DNA of 64,000 bases from Rhodospirillaceae bacterium (GCA_002722885.1 PBNE01000011.1:2336-66335); one strand, 5' to 3'. Numbered from the stretch's first letter, positions 1 to 9,186 are shown. Notes: generated by a model from the sequence alone, not told the origin. Translations and numbers: made by a program.

Positions 1-1
1 G

Positions 2-160
2 CTTGCCGCCCATGTTCGGGTTTCGGGCGCGGCGCTGGAGAACGGTCTGCTCCACATCGATCTCGTCCGCGAGGTGCCCGAGGCGCTCAAGCCCCGCACC
101 ATCGCCATCCGCTCCGGCTCCGCCTCGAAGCAAATCGAGGCCGAAAAGCGGGCTGCGTAA
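2..160 (+). CDS. small heat-shock protein (Hsp20/alpha-crystallin family), C-terminal part; 5' end lies outside the window
   Basis: Frame 2 reads [52 protein letters not shown] with TAA at 158-160. The ENGLLxIDLxREIPE tail is typical of IbpA-like sHSPs. It is absent from the ORF track because there is no start codon in the window. A hairpin terminator follows. Confidence 0.7.
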   Translation, partial: LAAHVRVSGAALENGLLHIDLVREVPEALKPRTIAIRSGSASKQIEAEKRAA

Positions 161-191
161 GGGCCATCTGACAGCGAGTGACTGAACGGAG

Positions 192-224
192 AGAGCGTCG
201 GGCAAGAGCCCGGCGCTCTTTTTC
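192..224 (+). terminator. rho-independent terminator after the sHSP gene
   Basis: Stem AGAGCGTCGGGC (192-203), loop AAGA, stem GCCCGGCGCTCT (208-219) with one G-T wobble, followed by TTTTT. Confidence 0.6.
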
Positions 225-229
225 GCATC

Positions 230-496
230 TTGATACGAAGAACAACGAATCCTATCTATCCCGCACGTGGTGATTTGTGCCGACCGGCTTTCGGCCACGT
301 TAAAGAACTCGCTAAAAGGTGGCGGCGGGTTCTCCACTGGGTCTTTACGGACAGCGTCACGCCGGACGATCTCGTCCGTGAGACCCGGGGCTGGGTCGAC
401 CAGGGTGCCAGTATCCTGGGCGGATGCTGCGGTCTGGGCCCCGAACACGTCAACGCACTGCGCGCTGCGCTTCCCTTCATGACACCGGCCGCCTGA
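230..496 (+). pseudogene. C-terminal remnant of a homocysteine S-methyltransferase paralog
   Basis: From about nt 329 the ORF reads HWVFTDSVTPDDLVRETRGWVDQGASILGGCCGLGPEHVNALRAAL. This parallels the C-terminus of the full-length neighbour (HWNFVDIIEPSDLVERAKQWVSQDVTILGGCCGLGPDHIRALDAA). The N-terminal approx 250 aa of the family are missing. Confidence 0.6.
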
Positions 497-508
497 AGGA
501 CCACAGCC

Positions 509-1444
509 ATGCCCGCCTGGAAAGACAAGCTCGACAGGGGTGACATCCTCATCATCGACGGCGCCATGGGCACGGAACTTGAGCGGCGCGGTGCGGAAAT
601 GCACAAGCTCACCTGGGCCGGCGCCGCGCTGATCAAGCATCCCGAGATCATTGTCGACGCCCACGCCGACTACATCCATGCGGGCGCCGAAGTCATCATC
701 ACCAATACCTTCGGCGCCTCGCCGCACATGCTGAACGCCATGGGCTATGGCGACCGTGCAGCGGAGCTCATCAGCGGGGCAGTCGATCTCGCCAAACGTG
801 CGCGGGACAAGACCGGCAGGGATGTCGCGATCGCAGGGTCGATTTCCACCATGGCGGCGGGAGGCGACCTTGCGGACCCCGGAAACCGCCACTCCGACGA
901 AGAGATCGAAGACAGCATGAACCTGATGGCCCGCGCCCTGGCCGATGGCGGCTGCGACATGATCGCCCTGGAGATGATGCAGGACACCATACGTGCCGCC
1001 ACTGCGCTTGAAGCCGCCAAGGGCACGGGCCTGCCGGTCTGGCTCGGCCTGACCTGCGCCCGCAGCAAAGACGGGTCAGAACTCGTCGCCTTCGATTACC
1101 CCGATATCCGGTTCGACGACGTGGTCGATGCCCTCATCCCGATCGGCCCCGATGTCGTCAGCGTCATGCATAGCGACGTCGACGTGACCTCGGTCGCGCT
1201 AGAGCGGGTCAAGCGTGATTGGTCTGGCCCGCTCGGCACCTATCCCGAAGCCGGCTATTTCGAGATGCCGCACTGGAACTTTGTCGACATCATCGAACCC
1301 TCCGATCTGGTCGAACGCGCGAAACAATGGGTCTCACAGGATGTCACTATACTTGGTGGCTGCTGCGGCCTTGGCCCCGACCACATTCGCGCGCTTGACG
1401 CCGCCCGTCCCCAACTTGAAGCCGCCCGAGGAGTAGGCCCATGA
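509..1444 (+). CDS. homocysteine S-methyltransferase family protein
   Basis: 311-aa ORF. N-terminal DGAMGTELERRG motif, internal NTFGA, and a C-terminal GGCCG zinc-ligand motif, at the normal length for the family. Confidence 0.9.
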   Translation: MPAWKDKLDRGDILIIDGAMGTELERRGAEMHKLTWAGAALIKHPEIIVDAHADYIHAGAEVIITNTFGASPHMLNAMGYGDRAAELISGAVDLAKRARDKTGRDVAIAGSISTMAAGGDLADPGNRHSDEEIEDSMNLMARALADGGCDMIALEMMQDTIRAATALEAAKGTGLPVWLGLTCARSKDGSELVAFDYPDIRFDDVVDALIPIGPDVVSVMHSDVDVTSVALERVKRDWSGPLGTYPEAGYFEMPHWNFVDIIEPSDLVERAKQWVSQDVTILGGCCGLGPDHIRALDAARPQLEAARGVGP

Positions 1445-1830
1445 GCCGTCATCAGAAGATCTCGTTCACCGGGTCGCAGGGCGTGGCCCTGGCCGCACGG
1501 CTCGATCTGCCTGTCGGTCCGAATCCTTATGACTTTCTGCTGGGCGGCCTCGGAGCCTGCACCTCCATGCCCCTGCGCATGTAAACCGAACGCAAGCAGT
1601 GGCCGCTCGACAAGGTCACGGTCACGCTCTCTCACGCCAAGGTCCACGCCGACGATTGCGCCGAATGCGAATCCACGCTCGGCAAGGTCGACATCATCGA
1701 CCACACCATCACGCTCGACGGCGATCTCGACGATGACTAGCGCCGGCGCCTGATGGAGTTTGCCGAACGCTACCCCGTTAACCAGAACCTGACGACCGAA
1801 AACATCATCCGCGACACACTGGGTGATTGA
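1441..1830 (+). pseudogene. remnant of a bifunctional alpha/beta-hydrolase/OsmC-family gene, with an internal deletion and two in-frame stops
   Basis: The ATG at 1441 overlaps the upstream stop (ATGA). Translation: MSRHQKISFTGSQGVALAARLDLPVGP | NPYDFLLGGLGACTSMPLRM*TERKQWPLDKV...LDDD*RRRLMEFAERYPVNQNL. TAA at 1582-1584 and TAG at 1738-1740 are both in frame. Confidence 0.75.
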
Positions 1831-2024
1831 TGGGCTAACAATCTGTGCGACCCCGGTCGATTGCCGGGAGAGTCGGAAAATCGGCCAGCGCGGATGTTTG
1901 GAAACGCATCATGACGTCTCGGATGGCGTCGGGCGGCTCAATTCACCACGTCGCAGCCCGAACCGGTCGCCGTCCCGACCGCTTTCGAAAGCGCATGGTC
2001 CCTGTCCCGGCACTGGAAGTCCTC

Positions 2025-2306
2025 CTAGACATGCGTGCCACCGATATCGGTCGCGTTGTCGCAGATCGTCTGAACATGGCTACCGCAGATCATGTGGCCT
2101 TTGCAGGTCACGTCCCATGAGTCATCCGATGCCGATGTCGTGGTGCAGTTGCCGGCATCTTCACCGTCACCGCAAGTCAGGGTGATGATCGTGTCATCGC
2201 ACTGGAAGGTCAGATCATCGGCCCGGACTTCCTGCAACAGCCAAAAGTTGCGGGCAGCCACGGCACACAAGCTCGGCCAGCGAAACACGGTTCTTGCCAT
2301 CGTCAT
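2025..2306 (-). CDS. hypothetical small Cys-rich, possibly secreted protein
   Basis: 93-aa ORF whose ATG (2306) lies 1 nt after the dinB stop (2308-2310). It has a hydrophobic N-terminus and then 7 Cys. I recognise no homology. Confidence 0.35.
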   Translation of the reverse strand: MTMARTVFRWPSLCAVAARNFWLLQEVRADDLTFQCDDTIITLTCGDGEDAGNCTTTSASDDSWDVTCKGHMICGSHVQTICDNATDIGGTHV

Positions 2307-2307
2307 T

Positions 2308-3609
2308 TCACTCCACCTTGCTCGGTCCCTGGCGCACCACCTTGGTGCCGAAACCGCGCCCTTTCATTACGGCGGCATCGCCAAACTTCTCGCGTACCGC
2401 ATCAAGCGCTTTGTCCACCTTGCTTTCGGACGGACCGACGCCACCGAAGAGGTCGGCTTGCACCACCTGGTCGGCAGGAACGAGATCATGGGTGCCGATC
2501 CCGATCAGGCGGAAGGCGCGGCCGTCCGCCTCGCGGCTCAACAGCGGCTCGGCAGCCTGGAACATCTCCTCGGCCGACTGTGTCGCGCTCTTCAGGTGTC
2601 GGCTGCGCGTGATGATGCGAAAATCCGCCGTCTTCAGCTTCAGGGTCACGCCTTCAACGGCAACCCCCGACTTCTTCAGGCGGCGGGAAACCGTTTCTGC
2701 CAGCTGCCAAAGGATCGGCCGCAGCCGGTCCGCATCGGCAATGTCCTTGTCCAAAGTGGTTTCCGACGACACGCTCTTGGCCTCGCCCTCGGGATCAACC
2801 CGGCGGTCGTCCTCACCCTGGCTGCAAAGCGCCAAGCGGTGACCGATCTTGCCGTAACGTGCCGTCAGTTGGGCCTCGTCCAGTCGCGCCAGTTCGCCGA
2901 TCAGGGTGATGCCGTCGCGTGCCAGGGACTGTTGCATGGCCTTGCCCACGCCCCACAACAGGCTGACCGGCTTGTCCGATAGGAAGGTTCGCGCCTCGGC
3001 CCGGCCGATCACGGCAAAGCCACGCGGCTTGTCGAGATCAGAAGCGATCTTGGCCAGGAACTTGTTATAGCTCAGCCCAATCGACACGGTGATCGACAGC
3101 TCCTCTTCAACCCGTCGCGCGAGCGCCGCCAGGGTCGTCGCCGGGCTACCGTGATGCAGCGATTCCGTCCCGGCGAGGTCCATGAACGCCTCGTCGATCG
3201 ACAGTGGCTCCACCAGCGGCGTCAGGTCCTGCATCATGGTCCGGACACGCCGTCCGACATCAGAGTATTTCTTCATGTCGGGCTTGATCACGACGGCGTC
3301 CGGGCAGGCCTTGAGCGCTTTGAACATCGGCATGGCCGAGCGCACGCCATAGGTCCGCGCGATGTAGCAGCAGGCCGCAACAACGCCGCGATGGTGACCG
3401 CCCACGATCACCGGCTGATCGCGCAACTCCGGCCGGTCGCGCTTCTCGATCGTGGCGTAGAAGGCGTCGCAGTCGAGATGGGCCGTCGACAGCCCGTGCA
3501 ATTCGCCGTGACGCACCAGGCGCAGCGAGCCGCACTCCGAACAGGTCTCGGCATCAGGGGGCGGTCGAAAACCGCAGTCTCGGCACAGGGTGTCCACAGC
3601 TCCGATCAT
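2308..3609 (-). CDS. dinB: DNA polymerase IV (Y-family) with an N-terminal zinc-ribbon extension
   Basis: 433 aa. CRDCGF...CSECGS ribbon, then AHLDCDAFYATIEKRDRPELRDQPVIVGG and the SIDEAFMD catalytic motifs. Confidence 0.9.
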   Translation of the reverse strand: MIGAVDTLCRDCGFRPPPDAETCSECGSLRLVRHGELHGLSTAHLDCDAFYATIEKRDRPELRDQPVIVGGHHRGVVAACCYIARTYGVRSAMPMFKALKACPDAVVIKPDMKKYSDVGRRVRTMMQDLTPLVEPLSIDEAFMDLAGTESLHHGSPATTLAALARRVEEELSITVSIGLSYNKFLAKIASDLDKPRGFAVIGRAEARTFLSDKPVSLLWGVGKAMQQSLARDGITLIGELARLDEAQLTARYGKIGHRLALCSQGEDDRRVDPEGEAKSVSSETTLDKDIADADRLRPILWQLAETVSRRLKKSGVAVEGVTLKLKTADFRIITRSRHLKSATQSAEEMFQAAEPLLSREADGRAFRLIGIGTHDLVPADQVVQADLFGGVGPSESKVDKALDAVREKFGDAAVMKGRGFGTKVVRQGPSKVE

Positions 3610-3662
3610 ACGCCCGATGCCGCCGGGATCGAACCACAGTCGTGGTGTGGTAGCGTCACATC

Positions 3663-4343
3663 ATGAGTATAAAGCCGATCAGTGCCGCCGATACCAGGCG
3701 TGCCTCGAAGCATCAGGTCCCCGGCTGGGCACGGGGTGTGTGGAAGCGCTTGCGCATCCGCCTCGATGGCGAGGTCGAACGCCGCACGCGCATCATCTGG
3801 ATTCAAACCCCGCTGCTCTTCGCCGACATCCGTTCCCCCGCGCCTTCCGACAGCGCGCGGGAAGCCGAAGGCTTCGCCGGCCATCTCGAGATCCGGGGGC
3901 AGATCTTCTCCTGGCAGCGGCCCATCGATCTACATCCGCCCAGGGACCCCGGCGATGAGGGCGCCATGTTCCGCGACGGCGATGACATGATCGAAGTGGG
4001 AATCCACGCCAACTACGTTGAGGACTGGAAGCTCATCGGTACACCCGCTGAGCATCTGGCGATGACACGTGGTGCCTACGCCATTTGTTCCGAAGGAGTC
4101 ACCTGGCCGGGTGACGAGCCGCTCGAGGTCGCGGTGGTCAGCGACGGCCATGTCATCCATGCCTGGCGCGGACCGGGCGGCAGCGGTCTGGCCTATCACC
4201 TCCTCAACCGCGACACCGACACGCTGAAGCCGCGCTATACCCTCGGTGCCGAGCGCAAGGAAACCGGCCGTGGCGGCTGGCGCATCTGGTCGACCGATAT
4301 GAACAGCCGTCAGGTCGAGGCGCTCGGCGACCTGCTGGACTAG
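3663..4343 (+). CDS. hypothetical protein
   Basis: 226-aa ORF with no competing frame and no family I recognise. No clear Shine-Dalgarno sequence. Confidence 0.5.
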   Translation: MSIKPISAADTRRASKHQVPGWARGVWKRLRIRLDGEVERRTRIIWIQTPLLFADIRSPAPSDSAREAEGFAGHLEIRGQIFSWQRPIDLHPPRDPGDEGAMFRDGDDMIEVGIHANYVEDWKLIGTPAEHLAMTRGAYAICSEGVTWPGDEPLEVAVVSDGHVIHAWRGPGGSGLAYHLLNRDTDTLKPRYTLGAERKETGRGGWRIWSTDMNSRQVEALGDLLD

Positions 4344-6349
4344 AGCTGCCGGTCCATCTTCGGTGGCGCCGGATCTTCACCCAGCTCCACCGCCGCCTGA
4401 TAACCGCTGTAGACCGCCGCGGCGATGATCCCGGGCACAAAGCAGTCACCGATCTGGATCACGGAAGGTGCATTGTCATGTGATGTAAGATCGTGAAAAA
4501 GCTGATCATTCGGCTCGCGCCGGGTGATCGGAACGACCCAGTCGGCGGCAAGCTCCCGCGTTTTGCCGGAAAAGATGCAGGCCAGCGTAACGTGATCGCC
4601 TGCGACACGTACCACGCTGTGGTTGGTCACAATGGTCACGCCGGCTTCGATCAGCGCGGCGTTCGACTGCCACATCTCGGCAGTCAGCGAACTCGCCTGT
4701 CCGGCGCGCCCGCCGGGCGTCACCAGAGTCACCGGATGGCCTTGTTCACGCAGGGCCAGAGACAGCACGGAGCCAATGTAGTAGTGGTCGTCGTCATAGA
4801 TGACGGCATGCCCGGCAGGCAGATCAGCATCGTCCAGGAGGGAGTCCACGCTGACGATCGTTGCATCGGTCGTCGTGTCGATCGGCGTACTGCGCTGATG
4901 GCCGATGCCGTCAGTTTTCCATGTGGCACCGGTTGCCAGCATCACATGGGCCGCGCCGACCTCAAGGATCGTCTCGGCCGTCATGGGGCTTTCGCGGTAG
5001 GTCTCGATGTTCGCGTTTTTCTCGATCTGTCCGACCCGCCAGTCACGCACCCGGATCCACTCGTTCAGACCCGGAAGCTGCGCTTCGGCAACCACGCGTC
5101 CGCCCAGGTCGCGCGACGCCTCGGCCAACAAGACAGCATACCCACGCTCGCCCAGCGCGCGGGCCGCCTCCAATCCCGCCGGTCCGGCGCCGACCACCAG
5201 GACCTGTTCCGTCGATGCGGTGGGCGGCACACGTTCGGGATGCCAGCCCCGGCGGAACTCCTCGCCCATGGTCGGATTCTGGGTGCAGCGCAGGGACACG
5301 CCCATGGAGTCATGAGCGTAGCAGATGTTGCAGCCAATGCACTCGCGGATGTCCTCGGGCCGGCCTTCCTCGATCTTGGTCGGGATGAACGGATCGGCAA
5401 TAGACGGCCGCGCGGCGCCGATCATGTCCTGCGTGCCGTTGCGGATTACCTGCGCCATGGTGTCCGGCGAGGTAAACCGTCCGACCGCAACCACCGGCTT
5501 GGTCGTCATAGATTTGGCATGGGCCACGCTGGCCTCGAGCGCGGCCTCCTTGACGAAGCGGGAAACGCCCATCTCGACACCATAGTCGTCGACCGTGATG
5601 TCCCAGTAATCAGGCAGATCAGCAATCAGCTTGAAGGCTTTGGATGTCTCCGGCTCGTTGAGATCGACCGTAAACCGTGTTGCCACTGCACACTTGCCGG
5701 AAACGGTTTCGAGCGTTTCCTCGATCAGCTCGCGCACGATCCGGATTCGGTTCTCGAGGCTGCCACCGTACTCATCCGTGCGCCGGTTGGTCGCGGGATT
5801 CAGGAACTGTTCGGCAAGATACCCATGGGTGGCATAGACATAGACGATGTCGAACCCGGCTTCGATGGCGCGTTTGGCGGCATCGCGTTGTCGCTTGCGG
5901 AACGCCCGGATGTCGGCCTTGTCCATCGTGCGGCTCTGCATCACACCGATGTTGTGCGGCACACCGGCAGGACCACCGGTGGGTTCCAGCGGCGGCAGGC
6001 GGCTCGCCAGATTCCCGGAGCGTCCACCGCCATGCCAGAGCTCGACACCGGCCAGGGCACCGTGCTCGTGGACGGCGTCGGTCATGCGTCGGTGGGCGCG
6101 GATGTCGTCATGGTCCCAGAGATGAGCGTGCGGAAACGCGCCGTCGTCGGACGATGGATGGATCGAGCAGTACTCGGTGCACACCACGCCCCAGCCGCCA
6201 GCCGCCTTCATGCCGCGCATCGCGGCCAGTGTAGCGGGCTGGAGCCAGCCCATGCCTGAGCAGTGGGGTACCTGGTAGAACCGATTCTTGGCCGTAACGG
6301 GACCCAGTTTGATCGGTTCAAACAGGATGTCGTGGAGGGCTTCGCGCAT
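4340..6349 (-). CDS. trimethylamine/dimethylamine/histamine dehydrogenase-family iron-sulfur flavoprotein
   Basis: 669 aa. The N-terminus HDILFEPIKLGPVTAKNRFYQVPHCSGMG resembles the TMADH N-terminus. It also has the CIGCNICY...RCTQNPTMGEE 4Fe-4S motif and a VLVVGAGPAGLEAA dinucleotide fold. Confidence 0.85.
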   Translation of the reverse strand: MREALHDILFEPIKLGPVTAKNRFYQVPHCSGMGWLQPATLAAMRGMKAAGGWGVVCTEYCSIHPSSDDGAFPHAHLWDHDDIRAHRRMTDAVHEHGALAGVELWHGGGRSGNLASRLPPLEPTGGPAGVPHNIGVMQSRTMDKADIRAFRKRQRDAAKRAIEAGFDIVYVYATHGYLAEQFLNPATNRRTDEYGGSLENRIRIVRELIEETLETVSGKCAVATRFTVDLNEPETSKAFKLIADLPDYWDITVDDYGVEMGVSRFVKEAALEASVAHAKSMTTKPVVAVGRFTSPDTMAQVIRNGTQDMIGAARPSIADPFIPTKIEEGRPEDIRECIGCNICYAHDSMGVSLRCTQNPTMGEEFRRGWHPERVPPTASTEQVLVVGAGPAGLEAARALGERGYAVLLAEASRDLGGRVVAEAQLPGLNEWIRVRDWRVGQIEKNANIETYRESPMTAETILEVGAAHVMLATGATWKTDGIGHQRSTPIDTTTDATIVSVDSLLDDADLPAGHAVIYDDDHYYIGSVLSLALREQGHPVTLVTPGGRAGQASSLTAEMWQSNAALIEAGVTIVTNHSVVRVAGDHVTLACIFSGKTRELAADWVVPITRREPNDQLFHDLTSHDNAPSVIQIGDCFVPGIIAAAVYSGYQAAVELGEDPAPPKMDRQL

Positions 6350-6391
6350 GGGAAACTCCTTCTGTCTGCGGTCTTGCGACCCTATCGCAGA

Positions 6392-7476
6392 TCACGGATG
6401 GCAAGCCAGATACGCAGTTTCGCGCCGGGTCATCACAAACAACACCACGGCGATTCCGATCCGGTTGATGAGATAGGCCAGTGCAGCGCCGATCAGGCCG
6501 TAGGTCAGGATGCCCAGGGCTGAGAGCGCGAGGTTGAGATTGCTCCCACCACCAGCACCCGCGACGCCGACTTGGTCTGGCCAAGCATGAACAGCGTACT
6601 GCCGGAAACGAGCGAGATGGCATGGGCGATGCGCCTGCCAAAACCGCACGTGGGGGATCAGGTTCACGAGAGCCAGCACAATGGCCGCGTGATAGAGGCC
6701 GGCCTCCTCCCGACCCAGGAGCATGGTGATCAGGATGACATCGCCGCCGACCACGAGAAGTCGGGCCAAAGCGCCGATCGCCATGGGCGCAGAGACACCG
6801 ACCCACTCACCAATCAGAACCTCGAGCCTGTCACGTCACACCACACCTGCGCGCCAGACGTAGCCGATCTGAAGCGCCACGGCGATCACCATGGCGGGTC
6901 TGACCGCAGCGAGCCTCTCTTCGGCATGCATCTCGGTCAGCTTGCCTGCTGCTATGGCTGCGATACCCAGGGCCAGCAGGTCCCGCACGCTGGCCTGTGC
7001 GACGGTTCCCAGCAGCACGCGCCCATGGGCCCGCAGCACGCCGGCCAGCAAAAGCCCCAGAGAGATCAGGGTACCAGCCAGATCGCATGGATCAGAGCTT
7101 TATGGCTGTGTGTGTCGTCCGAAAGCATCGCAACGCCGTAAACTGTTGCGCCGGTTGCCGCGCCGAGGACCAGCGTCGACAGGGCTGTCGTCAGGACAAA
7201 GCCGTTCAGAGTGCCAAGCCGGCCGGCTTTTCGGTAGCGGGGCAGCAAACGCACGGCGTCCTGATTGAACCCCAGACCTGCAATTAGGGTGAGAATGCGG
7301 ATCACGTGAAAGGCGAAGGCAAAGACACCGAACTCTTCGAGACCCATCCATCGGGCAAACAGCAGGGCCAGTAGGGTGGAGGCCGCAAAATTCCCGATGC
7401 ATCCTGGCAGGGCGACAACGGTTCGCCGTCGCAGTTCTGCACTGTTGTATTTAAGGTTGTGCTGTTCGCTGCTCAT
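6392..7476 (-). pseudogene. polysaccharide/O-antigen flippase (Wzx/MOP-type), frameshifted
   Basis: Three consecutive hydrophobic ORF pieces in different frames (7066-7476, 6836-7051, 6392-6784). The third contains GREEAGLYHAA, typical of polysaccharide-biosynthesis flippases. Confidence 0.55.
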
Positions 7477-7706
7477 CGTGCCCGGGCATGTTGTCGGGAG
7501 CTAAGGTCTTGGATGGTGACGCCACCATGCGCTGTGACGAGCGAGCAACGCACAGACTGTGGTGTCTGCCTCTGCTTCGGGCTATCAATCGAGTTCCGCA
7601 GAGAAAGGCCGTTGCCTTGTCCATGAAGCGTGATGATTTCACCGTCGGCAGCCGCGCCCCCTAGTACGCGTCGGCCGTCTATCACCGCGAAAACGAGGAT
7701 TGGGTA

Positions 7707-8414
7707 GTGCTGACGAAAGGTTTCGCGCAACCGGATTACTCCTGTCTCTACGACGATGAGACCGAGACATTTGAATCGCTCGACGTCGCCGGCAAGGATG
7801 TGGCGCAGATTTGCTGCAACAATGCCCGGGAACTGCTCTCCGTACGCAACATGGGTGCCGCTCGCTGCGTCGGCTTCGATCAGTCGGCCGAGTTTTTGAA
7901 GCAGAGTGAAGAGCTGGCGGCGATTACCAATCAGGAACTCGAGCTCGTCTGCGGTGATTTCTACAAAATCGACGAACGTTTCGACGGTACGTTCGATATC
8001 GTCATCATCACCATCGGCGTCTTCGGCTGGATGCCGGATCTTGCCGCCTTCACGGAGATTCCTGTGTGGCTGCTCAAGCCGGTCGGACACATCATGATCC
8101 ACGAAGAGCATCCGATCGTGAACATGTTCGATCCCGTTGTTGAAAAGCCGTTCGAGCCCTATTTCGCCTACTTCCGTGATCAGCTGCTTCAGGAAAAGGG
8201 CGCGATTATTTATGACGGCAGCACAGCCGACCCCGAGATCAATCACTGGTGGTTCTTCCACAACCTGGCCGACATCATGAACAGCCTGATCGGGACAGGG
8301 CCGCAGATCCGCCGCTACGATAAATATCCGCGCAACATCAGCACCACGACCTATGACCTCTTCCAGAACCATACGGTCAAGACGCCGATGAGTTACCTTC
8401 TGGTCGCACAGTAG
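7707..8414 (+). CDS. class I SAM-dependent methyltransferase, with a possibly N-terminally interrupted reading frame
   Basis: Methyltransferase motif I region (VAQICCNNARELL...CVGFDQS) and post-I/II motifs (DIVIITIGVFGWMPD). The same frame is open upstream to an ATG at 7623 apart from one TAG at 7662-7664. Confidence 0.75.
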   Translation: MLTKGFAQPDYSCLYDDETETFESLDVAGKDVAQICCNNARELLSVRNMGAARCVGFDQSAEFLKQSEELAAITNQELELVCGDFYKIDERFDGTFDIVIITIGVFGWMPDLAAFTEIPVWLLKPVGHIMIHEEHPIVNMFDPVVEKPFEPYFAYFRDQLLQEKGAIIYDGSTADPEINHWWFFHNLADIMNSLIGTGPQIRRYDKYPRNISTTTYDLFQNHTVKTPMSYLLVAQ

Positions 8415-8445
8415 GCCGACTGATGATCACAGAGGAACAGACGTC

Positions 8446-9186
8446 ATGAGCGATCACATCCAGGATATCAGGCTCGATCTCGCGGCCGCCTACCGGATGG
8501 CGGCACGACAGGGGCTGAACGAAGGCATCTGCAATCACTTCACCATGATGGTGCCGGGCAGCGAGGACCGCTTCCTGCTGATCCCTTATGGTCTGCACTG
8601 GTCCGAGGTGACCGCCTCATCGCTGATCGAGGTCGACTTCGACGGCAACCTGATCGAGGGCGAAGGCATTGCCGAGACAACTGCCTTCTGCATCCACGCG
8701 CCGATCCACCGGGCCAATCCCAAGGCGCGTTGTCTGCTCCACACCCACATGCCGTTCGCCACGGCCCTCTCGATGTTGGAGGACTTCCGTTTTCCCATGG
8801 CGAGCCAGAACGAGCTGATGTTCTATGGCCGCATTGCCTATGACGATGAGTACAAGGGCCTCGCGTTCGATACGGACGAGGGCGACCGCCTGGCCCGGGT
8901 CATGGGTGACTGCGATGTTCTGATGATGGCCAACCACGGTGTCATGATCGCCGGGCCCGATATCGCCACTGCCTATGATGATCTCTACTACCTGGAACAG
9001 GCCTGCCGCACGCTGGTCTATGCACTGCAGACCGGCCAGCCGCTCAAGCGCGTGCCTCAGGATGTTGTGGCCAGCACGGCTGGACAAATGAACAGAGGCC
9101 GTAGTGAGCCGCGTGATGGCGCCTTGCACCATTTCGCTTCGATCCGCCGCATCCTCGACCGCCACGAGCCGGATTACGCAACCTAG
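8446..9186 (+). CDS. class II aldolase/adducin family protein
   Basis: 246 aa. NHFTMMVP...IHAPIHRANP...LLHTHMPFATAL pattern of the His metal ligands of class II aldolases. Confidence 0.88.
   Translation: MSDHIQDIRLDLAAAYRMAARQGLNEGICNHFTMMVPGSEDRFLLIPYGLHWSEVTASSLIEVDFDGNLIEGEGIAETTAFCIHAPIHRANPKARCLLHTHMPFATALSMLEDFRFPMASQNELMFYGRIAYDDEYKGLAFDTDEGDRLARVMGDCDVLMMANHGVMIAGPDIATAYDDLYYLEQACRTLVYALQTGQPLKRVPQDVVASTAGQMNRGRSEPRDGALHHFASIRRILDRHEPDYAT

Noticed and set aside
3610-3662. Possible alphaproteobacterial SOS box (GAAC-N7-GAAC / GTTC-N7-GTTC) upstream of dinB.
   Set aside because: Only one half-site is present (GAAC CACAGTC GTGG). The second repeat is missing on both strands.
3620-3665. 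tRNA-like string GGGATCGAACC (about 3626-3636) suggesting a minus-strand tRNA T-arm.
   Set aside because: The flanking bases do not form a T-stem (GCCGG versus CCACA) or an acceptor stem. Most of the stretch lies just upstream of, and into, the dinB start region. I found no cloverleaf.
4493-6259. Very long ORFs antisense to, or overlapping, confident genes. Examples: 4493-6259 (+), 7473-8372 (-), 8617-9690 (-), 13578-14480 (-), 14761-15957 (-), 24051-24839 (+), 28677-29750 (-), 38663-39625 (+), 40817-42268 (+), 42265-43524 (-), 43289-44590 (-), 44364-45398 (+), 50106-51548 (-), 54258-55217 (-).
   Set aside because: Their translations are Arg/Ala/Gly/Pro/His-rich low-complexity text with no recognisable motifs. 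Each lies opposite a gene with clear family signatures. Stop-poor shadow frames of this kind are expected in GC-rich DNA.
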